From Candidatus Hydrogenedentota bacterium (GTDB taxonomy: Bacteria; Hydrogenedentota; Hydrogenedentia; Hydrogenedentales; SLHB01): a stretch of DNA of 64,000 nt. The stretch covers positions 320,001 to 384,000 of the forward strand of contig CAXXYE010000004.1 in the NCBI GenBank assembly GCA_963674865.2, given 5' to 3'. The notes under the pieces are model-generated. The model did not search any database. It was given only the letters and a program-made list of their open reading frames with translations, and had not been told where the DNA came from. Each line of letters begins with the position of its first letter. Within the stretch, counting starts at the first letter, position 1. Of this stretch, positions 1 through 10,078 are shown one piece after another. A program made the position numbers and the translations under genes.

Positions 1-1195
1 GATGTTCTGTAGCCGAATAGGTGTAGGGTTCGTTCACGCCCGGCTTGAGATACTCGAGCGGCACGGGAATCTCGTCAAAGCTCAGGTCGTGGTTGCCCCC
101 GATGTTCTTGACGAGCTTCCGCTCATTGATTCCTATTGCATCCGTGAGCTTGCCGTCCCAAGTCACCAGCAGGAGCCTTGCCGCCGTGGCACGTTCCAGA
201 TCTTCAGTGATGTTCACCTTGCAGCGGTGCGTGTTTCCGCCGCGCGAAACCCATCTTTCCGGTACGTCATAAGGCTTGCAGAGTTTAACCGACCTCCCAG
301 TCCGTTCGAGTGCTACATTGTCCACTGCCGGGGTCAGGAAGCTCACACCATTGTTGTCCGTGATGCGTGCCATCAGCTTCATCGGCTTGTCCTGGTCCGG
401 CACCCATTCCGTGTTCCACATCACCCGGAAGGGGGAGTGAGTCGCCGTGCCGACGTGGTGCTGCATCTCGCCGTAGCGGTAGACGTATTGCCACTGCCGC
501 CAGACGTTATCCCCTCGGAAATTGAAGTCCTCGTAGAACGCCAAGAAATCGACCCGCTTCACCCCCGCCGGACTGGACGCCTCGGCCGTGATTGTCGGGT
601 TCTCCGTAAGCGTTGTTCCCTCTGTGGGAAACGTCACTTGCCCAGTAGGGTGCGCGATCGTCGCCGCATAATAAACGCGGAACGTCACGCCGTAGATGAG
701 AAACTGCCCCCAACCCCAGCCACTGTCGCCAGCCGTCAATTCAAAGGTGTTCGTGCCGCTCCGAAGACAATGCAAAGGCACCTCGACAACGGGGTACGTC
801 ATCGTCTGATAACGGTGTGGTTTTCCGCCGGGGATGTTGATCGCTTCGGGTATTGAAAGCCACTCTCCGCCGTTCAGCCGAATCCGCTTGTCCGTTGTTC
901 CGGCGTGGCACTGCAACAGCTCAATGCACACCTCCGCGTACACGGCTCCGTCGATGTCGTTGATCTCCACTGAGTTCACAGGATTGGGCAGAAACTCTTT
1001 GGCACCAGGATAAGTTGCGCCCGGATCGGTGACGCGTTGCCATACGATGGCGTTCACCCAGGGGCCGTTCCAATGATACTCCCTAAAGACGGCCCCGGGG
1101 GCGAAGCCCGTGACCGGAGGCGACCCGGACCCCATGTCCGCCAATGCAACTGAAGCCTGGGCAATTCCGATTAGAACCCAGCTTGCTGTGGCCAT
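1..1195 (-). CDS. Secreted hypothetical protein, 3' end truncated by the window edge (beta-rich, possible Ig-like/carbohydrate-binding modules)
   Basis: Not in the ORF track because it has no stop inside the window. Manual translation: MATASWVLIGIAQASVALADMGSGSPP...FREYHWNGPW...SATEH, open to base 2. GGGAG RBS upstream; hydrophobic N-terminus. An in-frame alternative ATG lies at 1219. Confidence 0.75.
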   Translation of the reverse strand, partial: MATASWVLIGIAQASVALADMGSGSPPVTGFAPGAVFREYHWNGPWVNAIVWQRVTDPGATYPGAKEFLPNPVNSVEINDIDGAVYAEVCIELLQCHAGTTDKRIRLNGGEWLSIPEAINIPGGKPHRYQTMTYPVVEVPLHCLRSGTNTFELTAGDSGWGWGQFLIYGVTFRVYYAATIAHPTGQVTFPTEGTTLTENPTITAEASSPAGVKRVDFLAFYEDFNFRGDNVWRQWQYVYRYGEMQHHVGTATHSPFRVMWNTEWVPDQDKPMKLMARITDNNGVSFLTPAVDNVALERTGRSVKLCKPYDVPERWVSRGGNTHRCKVNITEDLERATAARLLLVTWDGKLTDAIGINERKLVKNIGGNHDLSFDEIPVPLEYLKPGVNEPYTYSATEH

Positions 1196-1268
1196 CGTGG
1201 ATACTCCCGTCCCGCACATTCTCGGATCTCCTCAAGACGATGCACCTAAACTGTTCACAAAGAGCGCG

Positions 1269-3506
1269 TTATCGCGGGGGTTCCCATAAGTGGACGTAGA
1301 GATTGTCTCGCCATCCGTGGCTGATGATCCCAAATCGGCCGGGCGACAGCTCGATGATCTTCGTGCCATCATGGTGCTCGAAACGATCATCCAGTGTCCA
1401 TCGCTTCCAAGAAGTGCCCGCGGGATCGGCCTTCTTGTACACAAAGAGGTTGCACCGGCTCCGATAGGCGTGGAACGGATAATGTTCCCCGCAAATGACC
1501 TCCGTCTCACCGTCGCCGTCGAGATCGGCAACGCCAATCGAGTGCGCGCAACGCACGGTGTCGATGACGTGCCGCTTCCAAGGGCCGTTGGCGCTGGAAC
1601 CGGGGTTTTCGAACCAGGCCAAGGGCGACCACGGCACAATCTTCTTGGGATAATCCATGACTTCCTGGCCCAGGATCACGTCGGGCCGCCCGTTGCCTGT
1701 CACGTCCATTGTGGCGACCCGGGCGGGATAGAAGTCTTCCCGATCCGCGATCAGGCGGGTTTTGAACTCGCCATTTCCCAGATTCTCCAGCCACCAACAG
1801 CCTGCTATGACGTCAAGGAGGCCGTTCCCGGTTACGTCGCACGCGAGCATTTCTTCGCCGTAGAGGATCTCGGCCAGCGGGCGTTTGGGCCAAGGGGCCG
1901 AGGCCGGGTCGTCGGGGATCTCCCAGAGTTCGGGATAGTGAGGAACGGCCCCTTGTTCGACGGCGTGGGCGCTGTGGTAAGTTGTCAAGAGGGCCAGTCT
2001 GCCGTTAGGGAGTATGGGCGCAACGACCGACCCGTGGGGCCAATCCCCAATGCCTTTGCCGATCGCATGTCTTTCCCATTTCCCCGAGAGCGGATCGACT
2101 GGCTTGAGCCAGCACAGTTCATTGGAGAGCCAATTGGGCCTCTCCTCATCCTTCCTCTTCGCTGTGGCGATGAGTTCCTGCCTGCCGTCCCCGTCGATAT
2201 CGTAGGCATTGATGACTTGGCAAATTCCCGGTATTAGGAACTTCTCCCAAGTGGGATTCTTGTACCACCACTTGGCACACACGACGTCATCTATGCCGTC
2301 ACCATCCACATCCACCGCGAGGATGTCGGTTCCCGTTTGGGCTTTGTCCCTATCGATGAAGACGTGGCTGTAGAGAGCAATTGGCGAGGGTGAGTCGACA
2401 TGGTGATACACCTGGACTTTCGAGACCCAATGTTCCTTGCCGATCACTTCCTCCACGCCGTCCCCATCGATATCGAGGAGCAGGGCCTCATGGGTGCCGG
2501 CGCCTTGGTACAGTATCTCGCGATTCCACGTGGCCCCGTTGTCCTTTGAACTGTAAAGCATGACACGTGCGTCGTGGTTGCATTCCTGCTCCCAGCCGCC
2601 TCGGGCCATTTCGGCAACCATGATCCGTACCTCGCCTGTGTCGGGACAACGGTTCGCGCAAAGCGAATGTCCATAATAGATACGGTGTTCCAGGTGATGT
2701 TCGAGCCAAGGTTGGTCGGGGGTCTCTACCATGCGATTCTCAAACCACGACAGGTCGCCGTCGAGGTACTCGGAGTCGACAATAACGAGGTCCTGCCTCC
2801 CATCGCCCGTGATGTCCACCGCTCGCACGCGGCACATCTCGCGCGCGTCCGGCGCCACCACTATCGAGCGCCACGGCCCAGAGAACGGCCCCGCCTCCGG
2901 CTGTAGGTAAAGTCGCACGCCGGACGCTATCTCGAGTTTCCCGTCGCAATTGAAATCCGTTGCCGCCAGCCCCTCCTCGACAACGCCTTGCTGAACCACG
3001 TGACGGCGCCAGGGCCTTGTCGGGTCGCCATCGCGTTTATAGATGAAAAGGCCCGGTACCGGGCAGTAGCAGGCGTTGACGATCAGCTCGTTTTCACCAT
3101 CGCCGTCAACGTCGGCGAAAAGCACGTCATGCCCGTCGCCGGTGGGTGCGTCGTCGATGACGTGCATTGTCCAAGAGCCCGACACATCCTGGTCGAACTT
3201 GAACCACGCGATCACGGGATTGCCGCCCGGCGGGGTAAAATGGCAGGCCAACTCGGAATTGCCGTCACCATCGATATCTTCGATGGCCAGTCCAACGTGG
3301 GCGCCACCCTCCGCCACTATGCCTCGCTCGGCAGTACCTGCGCGGTACCAAACAAGAGCGTCGCCACCTCCGGTGAACATCTCCATGCGGCCGTCATTAT
3401 CTACGTCGCCCACGGCCAGGCAGTTCAGTGCCCTTATGCGGCCGGAAGGTGTGTCCGCGTCGACAATGGTCAACTCCCATTGCGGGTCCGTGATCTTCCC
3501 TACCAT
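1269..3506 (-). CDS. FG-GAP/VCBS-repeat protein, two tandem propeller-like halves
   Basis: Many DxDGDG motifs (GDVDNDG, DIDGDG, DVDGDG, DITGDG, DLDGDG). GGAGAGGAG RBS before ATG 3506 (MVGKITDPQW). Confidence 0.8.
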   Translation of the reverse strand: MVGKITDPQWELTIVDADTPSGRIRALNCLAVGDVDNDGRMEMFTGGGDALVWYRAGTAERGIVAEGGAHVGLAIEDIDGDGNSELACHFTPPGGNPVIAWFKFDQDVSGSWTMHVIDDAPTGDGHDVLFADVDGDGENELIVNACYCPVPGLFIYKRDGDPTRPWRRHVVQQGVVEEGLAATDFNCDGKLEIASGVRLYLQPEAGPFSGPWRSIVVAPDAREMCRVRAVDITGDGRQDLVIVDSEYLDGDLSWFENRMVETPDQPWLEHHLEHRIYYGHSLCANRCPDTGEVRIMVAEMARGGWEQECNHDARVMLYSSKDNGATWNREILYQGAGTHEALLLDIDGDGVEEVIGKEHWVSKVQVYHHVDSPSPIALYSHVFIDRDKAQTGTDILAVDVDGDGIDDVVCAKWWYKNPTWEKFLIPGICQVINAYDIDGDGRQELIATAKRKDEERPNWLSNELCWLKPVDPLSGKWERHAIGKGIGDWPHGSVVAPILPNGRLALLTTYHSAHAVEQGAVPHYPELWEIPDDPASAPWPKRPLAEILYGEEMLACDVTGNGLLDVIAGCWWLENLGNGEFKTRLIADREDFYPARVATMDVTGNGRPDVILGQEVMDYPKKIVPWSPLAWFENPGSSANGPWKRHVIDTVRCAHSIGVADLDGDGETEVICGEHYPFHAYRSRCNLFVYKKADPAGTSWKRWTLDDRFEHHDGTKIIELSPGRFGIISHGWRDNLYVHLWEPPR

Positions 3507-3852
3507 TATGTTCTCCTCTCCCGTTCCGCCCTCATTCGCCGACACAAGAAGACATGCCACATCTTGACAACAATTATGGGCGTTGCCCCTGAGGTTCGCA
3601 AGGCACGGCTTGACGCGCTGTTACGTGCGTTGGTTATGTGGCAGATGAATCCCTGAAGGCCAAGGATGGCAGGTGCCGCGCCGCTCTCGCGGTTCTTGGA
3701 TCAGTCAAAGCCACAGAACGCCACGAAGATCTGTGGAGCTTTCATCGTTGTCTAGAAACCGTCCTCAATCACCTGTTTCCCGGTGTGCTCACAATGCTAT
3801 TCTTAGCGCCGCACGGGGCGTGCTCTGCGAAACAGAAACAAGGAGGCACGGC

Positions 3853-5157
3853 ATGGCGGACAAACGCAGTTTGAGTCGGCGCGCATTTCTCGGTAATGGG
3901 GGCAAAACGCTCCTCGGAGGGCTGGGACTGGCCGCTTTCGCTCCCGCAAGGCGAGCACGGGCGGCGCGCGTGGGGCCGAATGACAAGGTGCGCGTGGCGC
4001 TCATCGGCTGCGGCGGCATGGGTAGCCGCCATCTCGAAGCGCTCGCGGTGAACGAGCAATGCACGGTGGTAGCCGTCTGTGATGTATTCAAGCCACGCTG
4101 CGAGGCGGCCATGCGGACGGCGGAATCGATAACGGGCCGGCCGCCGGACGGCTACCAGGATTTCCGCTATGTCCTCGACAGGAGCGATATCGACGCTATC
4201 TTCGCCCCGACGCCGGATCATTGGCACCCCCTGCTCACCATCATGGGCTGCGAGGCCGGTAAAGATGTGTACGTCGAGAAGCCGGCGTGTCCCACGGTGA
4301 GAGAAGGCCGGGCCATGGTGGAAGCGGCGCGGCGCTACGGGCGGGTGGTGCAACTTGGCACCCAGCAGCGCTCGATGCCGATATTCCAGAAAGCCATGGA
4401 GATCGTGCGGGGCGGGCAGCTCGGCCAGATCACGTCCGCCACGGCCTGGGTGGGCGTCAATGTCTGGGGCGTGGGGGAGACGCCCGGCCAGGTTCCTGAG
4501 GGGCTGGACTGGGATTTGTGGCTGGGGCCGTCGCCGAAGGTTCCCTATTCGCCGCAGCGTCAATACGGCCATATGGGCTGGCATGATTACGCGCGCGGGG
4601 GCCAACTCACGAACTGGGGCGTGCACCTCATGGATATTCTTCATTGGGGGATCGGCCAGGATCGCCCGCTGAGCGTTCAGGCGACGGGCGGCAGCTATCG
4701 CGGCTCCGCGGGCGCGCAGAACTACGAAACCATCGAGGCTATCTTCGAGTATCCGGGCTGCACCGTTACGTGGGAGCAGCGCCACTCGAATCTGTATGCG
4801 ACGAATCGCGGTTATGGCATGAAGTTTCAGGGCACGGGCGGGCAATTGCTCGTGGATCGCAATAGCTTCGAGGTTATTCCCGAAGGCGCGGGGATTCCCA
4901 AGTACATTGGCGAGCCGGAGAAGAGCTGGGCGTGTCCCGAACACCATAATGACTTCTTCAACAGCATCCGAACGCGCCGGCGGCCTGCGGCCGATATCGA
5001 GCAAGGCGTCCGTTCGACAACGCCCGTCTTGCTGGCCGGAATTGCTCTAAAGGTAAGGCGGAAGCTGAATTGGGACGGCGAGATGGAGATATTCATCGGC
5101 GATGAGGAGGCAAACCGCCATCTGGCGCGGGCGTACCGCGCGCCGTGGCACTTCTAG
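3853..5157 (+). CDS. Tat-exported Gfo/Idh/MocA family oxidoreductase
   Basis: SRRAFL twin-arginine signal; IGCGGMG, TPDHWH, YVEKP, WDLWLGP and WGVHLMD motifs; AGGAGG RBS. Confidence 0.9.
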   Translation: MADKRSLSRRAFLGNGGKTLLGGLGLAAFAPARRARAARVGPNDKVRVALIGCGGMGSRHLEALAVNEQCTVVAVCDVFKPRCEAAMRTAESITGRPPDGYQDFRYVLDRSDIDAIFAPTPDHWHPLLTIMGCEAGKDVYVEKPACPTVREGRAMVEAARRYGRVVQLGTQQRSMPIFQKAMEIVRGGQLGQITSATAWVGVNVWGVGETPGQVPEGLDWDLWLGPSPKVPYSPQRQYGHMGWHDYARGGQLTNWGVHLMDILHWGIGQDRPLSVQATGGSYRGSAGAQNYETIEAIFEYPGCTVTWEQRHSNLYATNRGYGMKFQGTGGQLLVDRNSFEVIPEGAGIPKYIGEPEKSWACPEHHNDFFNSIRTRRRPAADIEQGVRSTTPVLLAGIALKVRRKLNWDGEMEIFIGDEEANRHLARAYRAPWHF

Positions 5158-5192
5158 CCGAGTCGGCCGGTTCAATCAGGGGAGGCGTGGGA

Positions 5193-7280
5193 ATGTATAG
5201 ATGTTTGCGACTTGGTTTTGCCGCGTTGCTGGCGGTTCTATGTGCATCTGCCGCCGTTGGCGCACCGAATCTGGATGCTTTGGTGGGACAATTGTCGGGT
5301 GAGGACGAACTGGCCCGCGCCGAAGCGCGCCAACTTCTTCCCCGGGCAGGAGTGCAGGCCGTTCCTCGGCTGTTGCCGCTGTTGGCCGACTCCGACGCGC
5401 GCGTGTGGTGGGCGGCGTTCAACGTCCTGTCCGACATCGGCAACGAGGTCTCGGCGCCGGGGAGGGATAAGGAGCGCGCCGTTGTGGCGGACTACCTGAT
5501 GGAACTTCTCGCACCGGAGCAGCCGACGGAGGTGAAGCTCCGGGGACTTCGCCTTTTGCCCGTGGTGGTGCCTGAAGGGCACGACATTGGCCAGATGAGG
5601 GCGCTTCTGAGCGACTCCGAGTTGAGGGAGAGGGCACGCGTGGCGCTCGAGGAGACGGCCACGGCGAACGCGTGCCGCGCTCTTCGCAAGGCCCTTCGCC
5701 GGGCTGACGCGGATTTTCAGTGCGCCCTCCTCAACTCGCTGGGCCGGCTTCAGGACGGCAAGAGCCTCTCCACGATTCGACGCTACACGAAGAGCGATGC
5801 GCCGAGGGTGCGTGCCGCTGCTGTCCGCGCACTCTCGTGGGCAGGCGACGCGGCCTCCGTAAAGGCGGTGAGGTCCGTGTATGCCGCTGCCGACGCCGAA
5901 ACGGCCTTTGACGCTGCCGACGCCATGATCCGGTGCGCCGATGCGGCCGCCTCGATGCATGGCGACATTCAGACGGCTACGGCCATATATCGGGAAGTGT
6001 TGGCGACAAGTTCCCACACCGCGTGCCGCGGGGCGGCTCTGGTAGGCCTCGTACGCCACGGCGACGACTCCGCAGCCGATGCCATTGCCGCGGCGCTGAA
6101 TGCGGAGGGCGGCCGCGAACTGGAGCCTGCCGTATTGGCGGCGTTTGAGCATTCCGAGGGAGAGGACGCACAGGACCTCATGCTCGAACTGTATCCCGTG
6201 TTGTCGGAGGAAATGCGCCTGGGCCTTCTAGGCGTGTTCGGCAGGAAGCAGGTACCGATGTTCCTCGATATTCTGAAAGAGGCCGCTCGGGCACCCGCAC
6301 CGGACTTACAGGCTGCGGCGATAGCTGCGCTGGCCGATTCAAGGTTGCCGGAGGCCGTACCTGAATTAGTGGCAGTGGCCGAGCGCCTTCAGGGACAGGA
6401 GCAGGCCGAAGCCGTTCGCGAATTGAAGCGTCTGGCGGACGCTCTGGCCAATGATGGCAAGAAGGAGGACGCGGGCGCGGCCTTTCTCGGACTCTACCGC
6501 GTGGCCGATTCCTACGAGGAGCGCCGGCATGCGCTCGACGGTGTCGCGCGGTTCCCAACAGCCGAGTCCTTTGACGTGGTGATGGAAGCAATTGACGCCG
6601 GTGAATTGACGGGCCCATCCGCGGCCACGCTATCGACGCTCGCCAAGGGACTCATCGACGCCGGACGCGACTCCGAGGCGGAGCGTGCCATTGCGCTTTT
6701 GATGGCACAGGCAAAGACGCCGGACGCCATCGGGGAAGTCATCCGCGTTTCTCAGCGTGGGGGGGGGATTCCCAATCTGGCGAACCGGCTCGGTTTTGTG
6801 ACGTCATGGCTTATCGCCGGGCCATTCCCCTGGAATCCAAGCGAAGGATTCAAAGCCAGTCGCGTGAATGAGCCCGACATCGATACGCAGGCTGTGTATG
6901 AAGTCGACGGGAAAAGCATTTCGTGGAGGCCGTTCACGACACCGGATAGCGCGGGCGTAGTGAACCTGGCCGCCATTCTCGGTGGGGAGAGCAATACCAC
7001 GGCCTATGGCGTCACCCATATCGAGGTAGATGCCGATATCCAGGCCGTGGCGCGCATCGGCTCCGATGACGGCATCAAGCTGTGGGCCAACGGCGTCGCG
7101 ATCCATGAAAACAACACGAGCCGCGGCGTTCAGATGGATCAAGACAAGGCGCCGGTGCATCTGAAGGCCGGCAGGAATACGCTACTCGTCGAAGTGACAC
7201 AAGGCGGAGGTGGCTGGGGATTCTGTCTGCGCCTGACGGAGCCTGACGGCGCGGCTCTGCGCTTTAGCTCCGTCGAGTAG
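5193..7280 (+). CDS. Secreted HEAT-repeat protein with C-terminal PA14-like beta domain
   Basis: Signal peptide, Ala/Leu-rich helical repeats, C-terminal WLIAGPF...GSDDGIKLWANG...LKAGRNTLLVEV; GGAGG RBS. Confidence 0.75.
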   Translation: MYRCLRLGFAALLAVLCASAAVGAPNLDALVGQLSGEDELARAEARQLLPRAGVQAVPRLLPLLADSDARVWWAAFNVLSDIGNEVSAPGRDKERAVVADYLMELLAPEQPTEVKLRGLRLLPVVVPEGHDIGQMRALLSDSELRERARVALEETATANACRALRKALRRADADFQCALLNSLGRLQDGKSLSTIRRYTKSDAPRVRAAAVRALSWAGDAASVKAVRSVYAAADAETAFDAADAMIRCADAAASMHGDIQTATAIYREVLATSSHTACRGAALVGLVRHGDDSAADAIAAALNAEGGRELEPAVLAAFEHSEGEDAQDLMLELYPVLSEEMRLGLLGVFGRKQVPMFLDILKEAARAPAPDLQAAAIAALADSRLPEAVPELVAVAERLQGQEQAEAVRELKRLADALANDGKKEDAGAAFLGLYRVADSYEERRHALDGVARFPTAESFDVVMEAIDAGELTGPSAATLSTLAKGLIDAGRDSEAERAIALLMAQAKTPDAIGEVIRVSQRGGGIPNLANRLGFVTSWLIAGPFPWNPSEGFKASRVNEPDIDTQAVYEVDGKSISWRPFTTPDSAGVVNLAAILGGESNTTAYGVTHIEVDADIQAVARIGSDDGIKLWANGVAIHENNTSRGVQMDQDKAPVHLKAGRNTLLVEVTQGGGGWGFCLRLTEPDGAALRFSSVE

Positions 7281-7310
7281 GCCTTTGGTGGGCACCTGCT
7301 ACCGGCCTGG

Positions 7311-8768
7311 TTAGGATGCCTCCTCGTCCAAGAGCATTGGTCCGACGGCGGCGATGCGGAGGGCGGGATACTGCGTGTTTAGCAGAGCGTGATCGCCCGT
7401 ATCCCGGATGCGCTGCCAGGCGAGCGTCATCATCGATTGCACGCGCTCTCTGTAGGCGGGGTCGGCGGCGAGGTTCGTCAGCTCGTAGGGATCCTCTTCG
7501 AGATTGTACAGTTCATCGAAGTCGAAGCCGTTCAAAACGAATTTCCAAGGGCCATCCCAGACAACGCGCTGCGTGAGGGTGAAGCGCGTCCCGAAATACT
7601 CCGCAAAACCCCTTGTGAATTCCGAGTGGTGCGCCGCGGGATCGGCCAGCACGTGTGCGAAGGAGCGCGAATCGGGCACTTGCTCAAATGGCTCGCAACC
7701 TGTCAGTTCGAGAAGCGTGGGGCAGAGTTCATGTGAACCGACTCGCGCCTTGGAGGTGACGCCCCGCGCGACGCCCGGCCCGCGAACGATGAGCGGCACG
7801 TTGTACACCTCTTCCGAGGCCATGTAATTCTTGCAGTAGAGGCCGTGGGCGCCGAGATGCTCTCCGTGGTCGGCGGCGATAATGACAAGCGTGTCTTCGA
7901 GGACGCCGGCCTTCTCGAGGGCATCCACCAGCCGGCCCCACTGCTCATCGATCTCCGTGATGGACGCGTAGTAGCAGGCGGCGGCTTCCCGGTGTTCCTT
8001 GTCCGTGAGATTTGCCCACGTGCGAGCGGACTTCCGGTAGATTCCCGGCCTGCCCGCCAAGTCGTCGTGCACATTAGGAGGCAGTTCGATGGCGGCCGGG
8101 TCGTAGCGGCTAAACGCTTCCTGGCCGGCGATGAAGGGATCATGCGGCTCACGGACGCTGACAAAGCAACACCAGGGGTGGTTCTCGCGCGTGACATCTT
8201 CGAGGAATTCGAGCGCCAGGGAGGTAGTAACGCCCATGCTCCGCTTCTCGGGAGGGCGATTCGTTACGCCATAGAACATGCTCTGGCGGTAGCCTGGACG
8301 GCCTTCGTAGTATTTGGCCATGGAATACTCAGGTTTGGCCGGCTCATCCCCAAGAATGCTGGCCTCCCGCTGCCGGAAAACTTCGCTATGGTGGTTGCAG
8401 TCCACCTGCCAACCGAAATCGCCGAGTTGCTCGCTACGCTCAACGTGCCACTTGCCGAAGTAGCCCGTTTGATATCCCTTCTCACTCAGGCGCTGCGCCC
8501 AGTGCGGCTTGTTGGTGCGCAGGCAGCACTGATCCTCGTCGACGGTGTGAGTCACTGTGAGCACGCCATGATTGTGCGGCAGCAGTCCCGTCATGAGACT
8601 GGCGCGGGCGGGTGAGCACACCGCGTTGGGCGTGTACGCGCAGTCGAAGCGGACGCCTTGAGCGGCGATTCGGTCGATGTTGGGTGTGAGACATGGCGAT
8701 TCAGGACGTAGCGCACGGCCGCGCATCTGATCGGCCATGAGGAACAGGATATTCGGTGGTTTGCTCAT
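7311..8768 (-). CDS. Formylglycine-type sulfatase
   Basis: PNILFLMADQ, CSPARASLMTG (CxPxR), GKWH, DHGE and ELYNLEEDPYE motifs. Confidence 0.92.
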   Translation of the reverse strand: MSKPPNILFLMADQMRGRALRPESPCLTPNIDRIAAQGVRFDCAYTPNAVCSPARASLMTGLLPHNHGVLTVTHTVDEDQCCLRTNKPHWAQRLSEKGYQTGYFGKWHVERSEQLGDFGWQVDCNHHSEVFRQREASILGDEPAKPEYSMAKYYEGRPGYRQSMFYGVTNRPPEKRSMGVTTSLALEFLEDVTRENHPWCCFVSVREPHDPFIAGQEAFSRYDPAAIELPPNVHDDLAGRPGIYRKSARTWANLTDKEHREAAACYYASITEIDEQWGRLVDALEKAGVLEDTLVIIAADHGEHLGAHGLYCKNYMASEEVYNVPLIVRGPGVARGVTSKARVGSHELCPTLLELTGCEPFEQVPDSRSFAHVLADPAAHHSEFTRGFAEYFGTRFTLTQRVVWDGPWKFVLNGFDFDELYNLEEDPYELTNLAADPAYRERVQSMMTLAWQRIRDTGDHALLNTQYPALRIAAVGPMLLDEEAS

Positions 8769-8936
8769 AGTGGCGCGCATTTTGGCATGGTTCCGCACAG
8801 CGGTCAAGGGATAGGGCTTGTCAGCGCGTGGAAGCCGTAAGTCAATCGCGATAAGCCGCTGTCCTTCCCGGCCATATCCGCGGTATGATGCTGCGCCAAG
8901 ACGCGTCGCAGGATCGAAACAATCCCTGGTGAGGTC

Positions 8937-9824
8937 GTGAATTCCTTTGTTCTTACCATAGTGCTTCTTTCTACCGTCATGCATGCGGCGTGGAATCTGC
9001 TCACGCGCCGCACAGGGGCCGAGATCACGTGTCTCTGGCGGATGCAAATCGTGATAGTGCTACTGGGCGCACTCCCCGCGCTTGTCGGCCTGTACGCGTT
9101 CCATTGTATGACTCCGACGGCGTGGCTGTGTCTCGTCGGCTCCGGGGTGAGCTGCGGACTCTACTACGTTGGCTTAGGCCGAGGATACGCGACAGGCGAT
9201 TTCACGACGGTGTATCCGGCGGCACGCGCCCTCCCGGTTCTGCTGGTGGGCGTTTTCGACTTAAGCCGCGGGCGTTGTCCCACGGCTGGGGGCTGGCTGG
9301 GCATGGTGCTGGTTGCGGTGGGATGTCTTCTCGTGCCGCTCCAGTCCATCCGGCGGCTTCGGGCCGCGGATTATCTCAATCGATCCACCCTATGGATCGT
9401 GGTGACGGCGCTCGGGACGGTGGGCTATTCCGCTTTCGACAAAGTCGGAACTGAATCCATCAGCCCCGGCCCCGGGCAAGCAGCCGTCTATGGATACTTC
9501 TTCTATCTTTTCTCTGCCCTGTGCTACGGCCTCCTTGCCGGCGACAGACGGGGCGGCGGCACGGAGGACAAGGACTGCGGCTGGCTTATCCCGGCGGCAG
9601 TGGGCATTCTGTGTTTCATGGCCTACTGGCTGGTGCTCTGGGCGTATCAGATGACGCCCCGCGCCAGCTACGTTGTGGCGCTACGTCAATTCAGCATCGT
9701 AGTCGGCGTTGTATTGAGCTTCCTTCTGTTCCATGAACCGGGCCGGCGCGTCCGCCTGGCGGGTGCCATTCTGATCACCGCGGGTCTGCTCGTGCTGCAT
9801 CTATGGGGGAGTGAGGGTTCATAG
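8937..9824 (+). CDS. EamA/DMT family transporter
   Basis: About 10 hydrophobic segments; HAAWN, VYPAAR and YVVALRQFSIV motifs. Confidence 0.85.
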   Translation: MNSFVLTIVLLSTVMHAAWNLLTRRTGAEITCLWRMQIVIVLLGALPALVGLYAFHCMTPTAWLCLVGSGVSCGLYYVGLGRGYATGDFTTVYPAARALPVLLVGVFDLSRGRCPTAGGWLGMVLVAVGCLLVPLQSIRRLRAADYLNRSTLWIVVTALGTVGYSAFDKVGTESISPGPGQAAVYGYFFYLFSALCYGLLAGDRRGGGTEDKDCGWLIPAAVGILCFMAYWLVLWAYQMTPRASYVVALRQFSIVVGVVLSFLLFHEPGRRVRLAGAILITAGLLVLHLWGSEGS

Positions 9825-9986
9825 GCATGGGATTCAAGGCCCGTGATCTTCTATCGGAAGCCGCCACAGAGGAATGGTTTGACAATCTCAGAGGGGCGGC
9901 CTGGGGGGCTCTCTACCGGGGGAAGGTTACTCCGTCTACGTTATAGGCGTAGGTAACAACCTTGTCCAGGCACTCTGATTTCATGG

Positions 9987-10015
9987 TTGACGACCCGCCT
10001 GTGGTCTTATAGTAT
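9987..10015 (+). promoter_or_regulatory. Putative sigma70 promoter
   Basis: TTGACG-N17-TAGTAT upstream of the CDS at 10079. Confidence 0.45.
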
Positions 10016-10078
10016 GTTGCGGTTAGTTTTCTTGACAACGATTCAGAAATTCATATTACAAGTCGAAAGGACTAGTAC

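Noticed and set aside
2..856. Plus-strand 284-aa ORF
   Set aside because: Antisense shadow of the minus-strand secreted-protein gene, which has an RBS and signal peptide.
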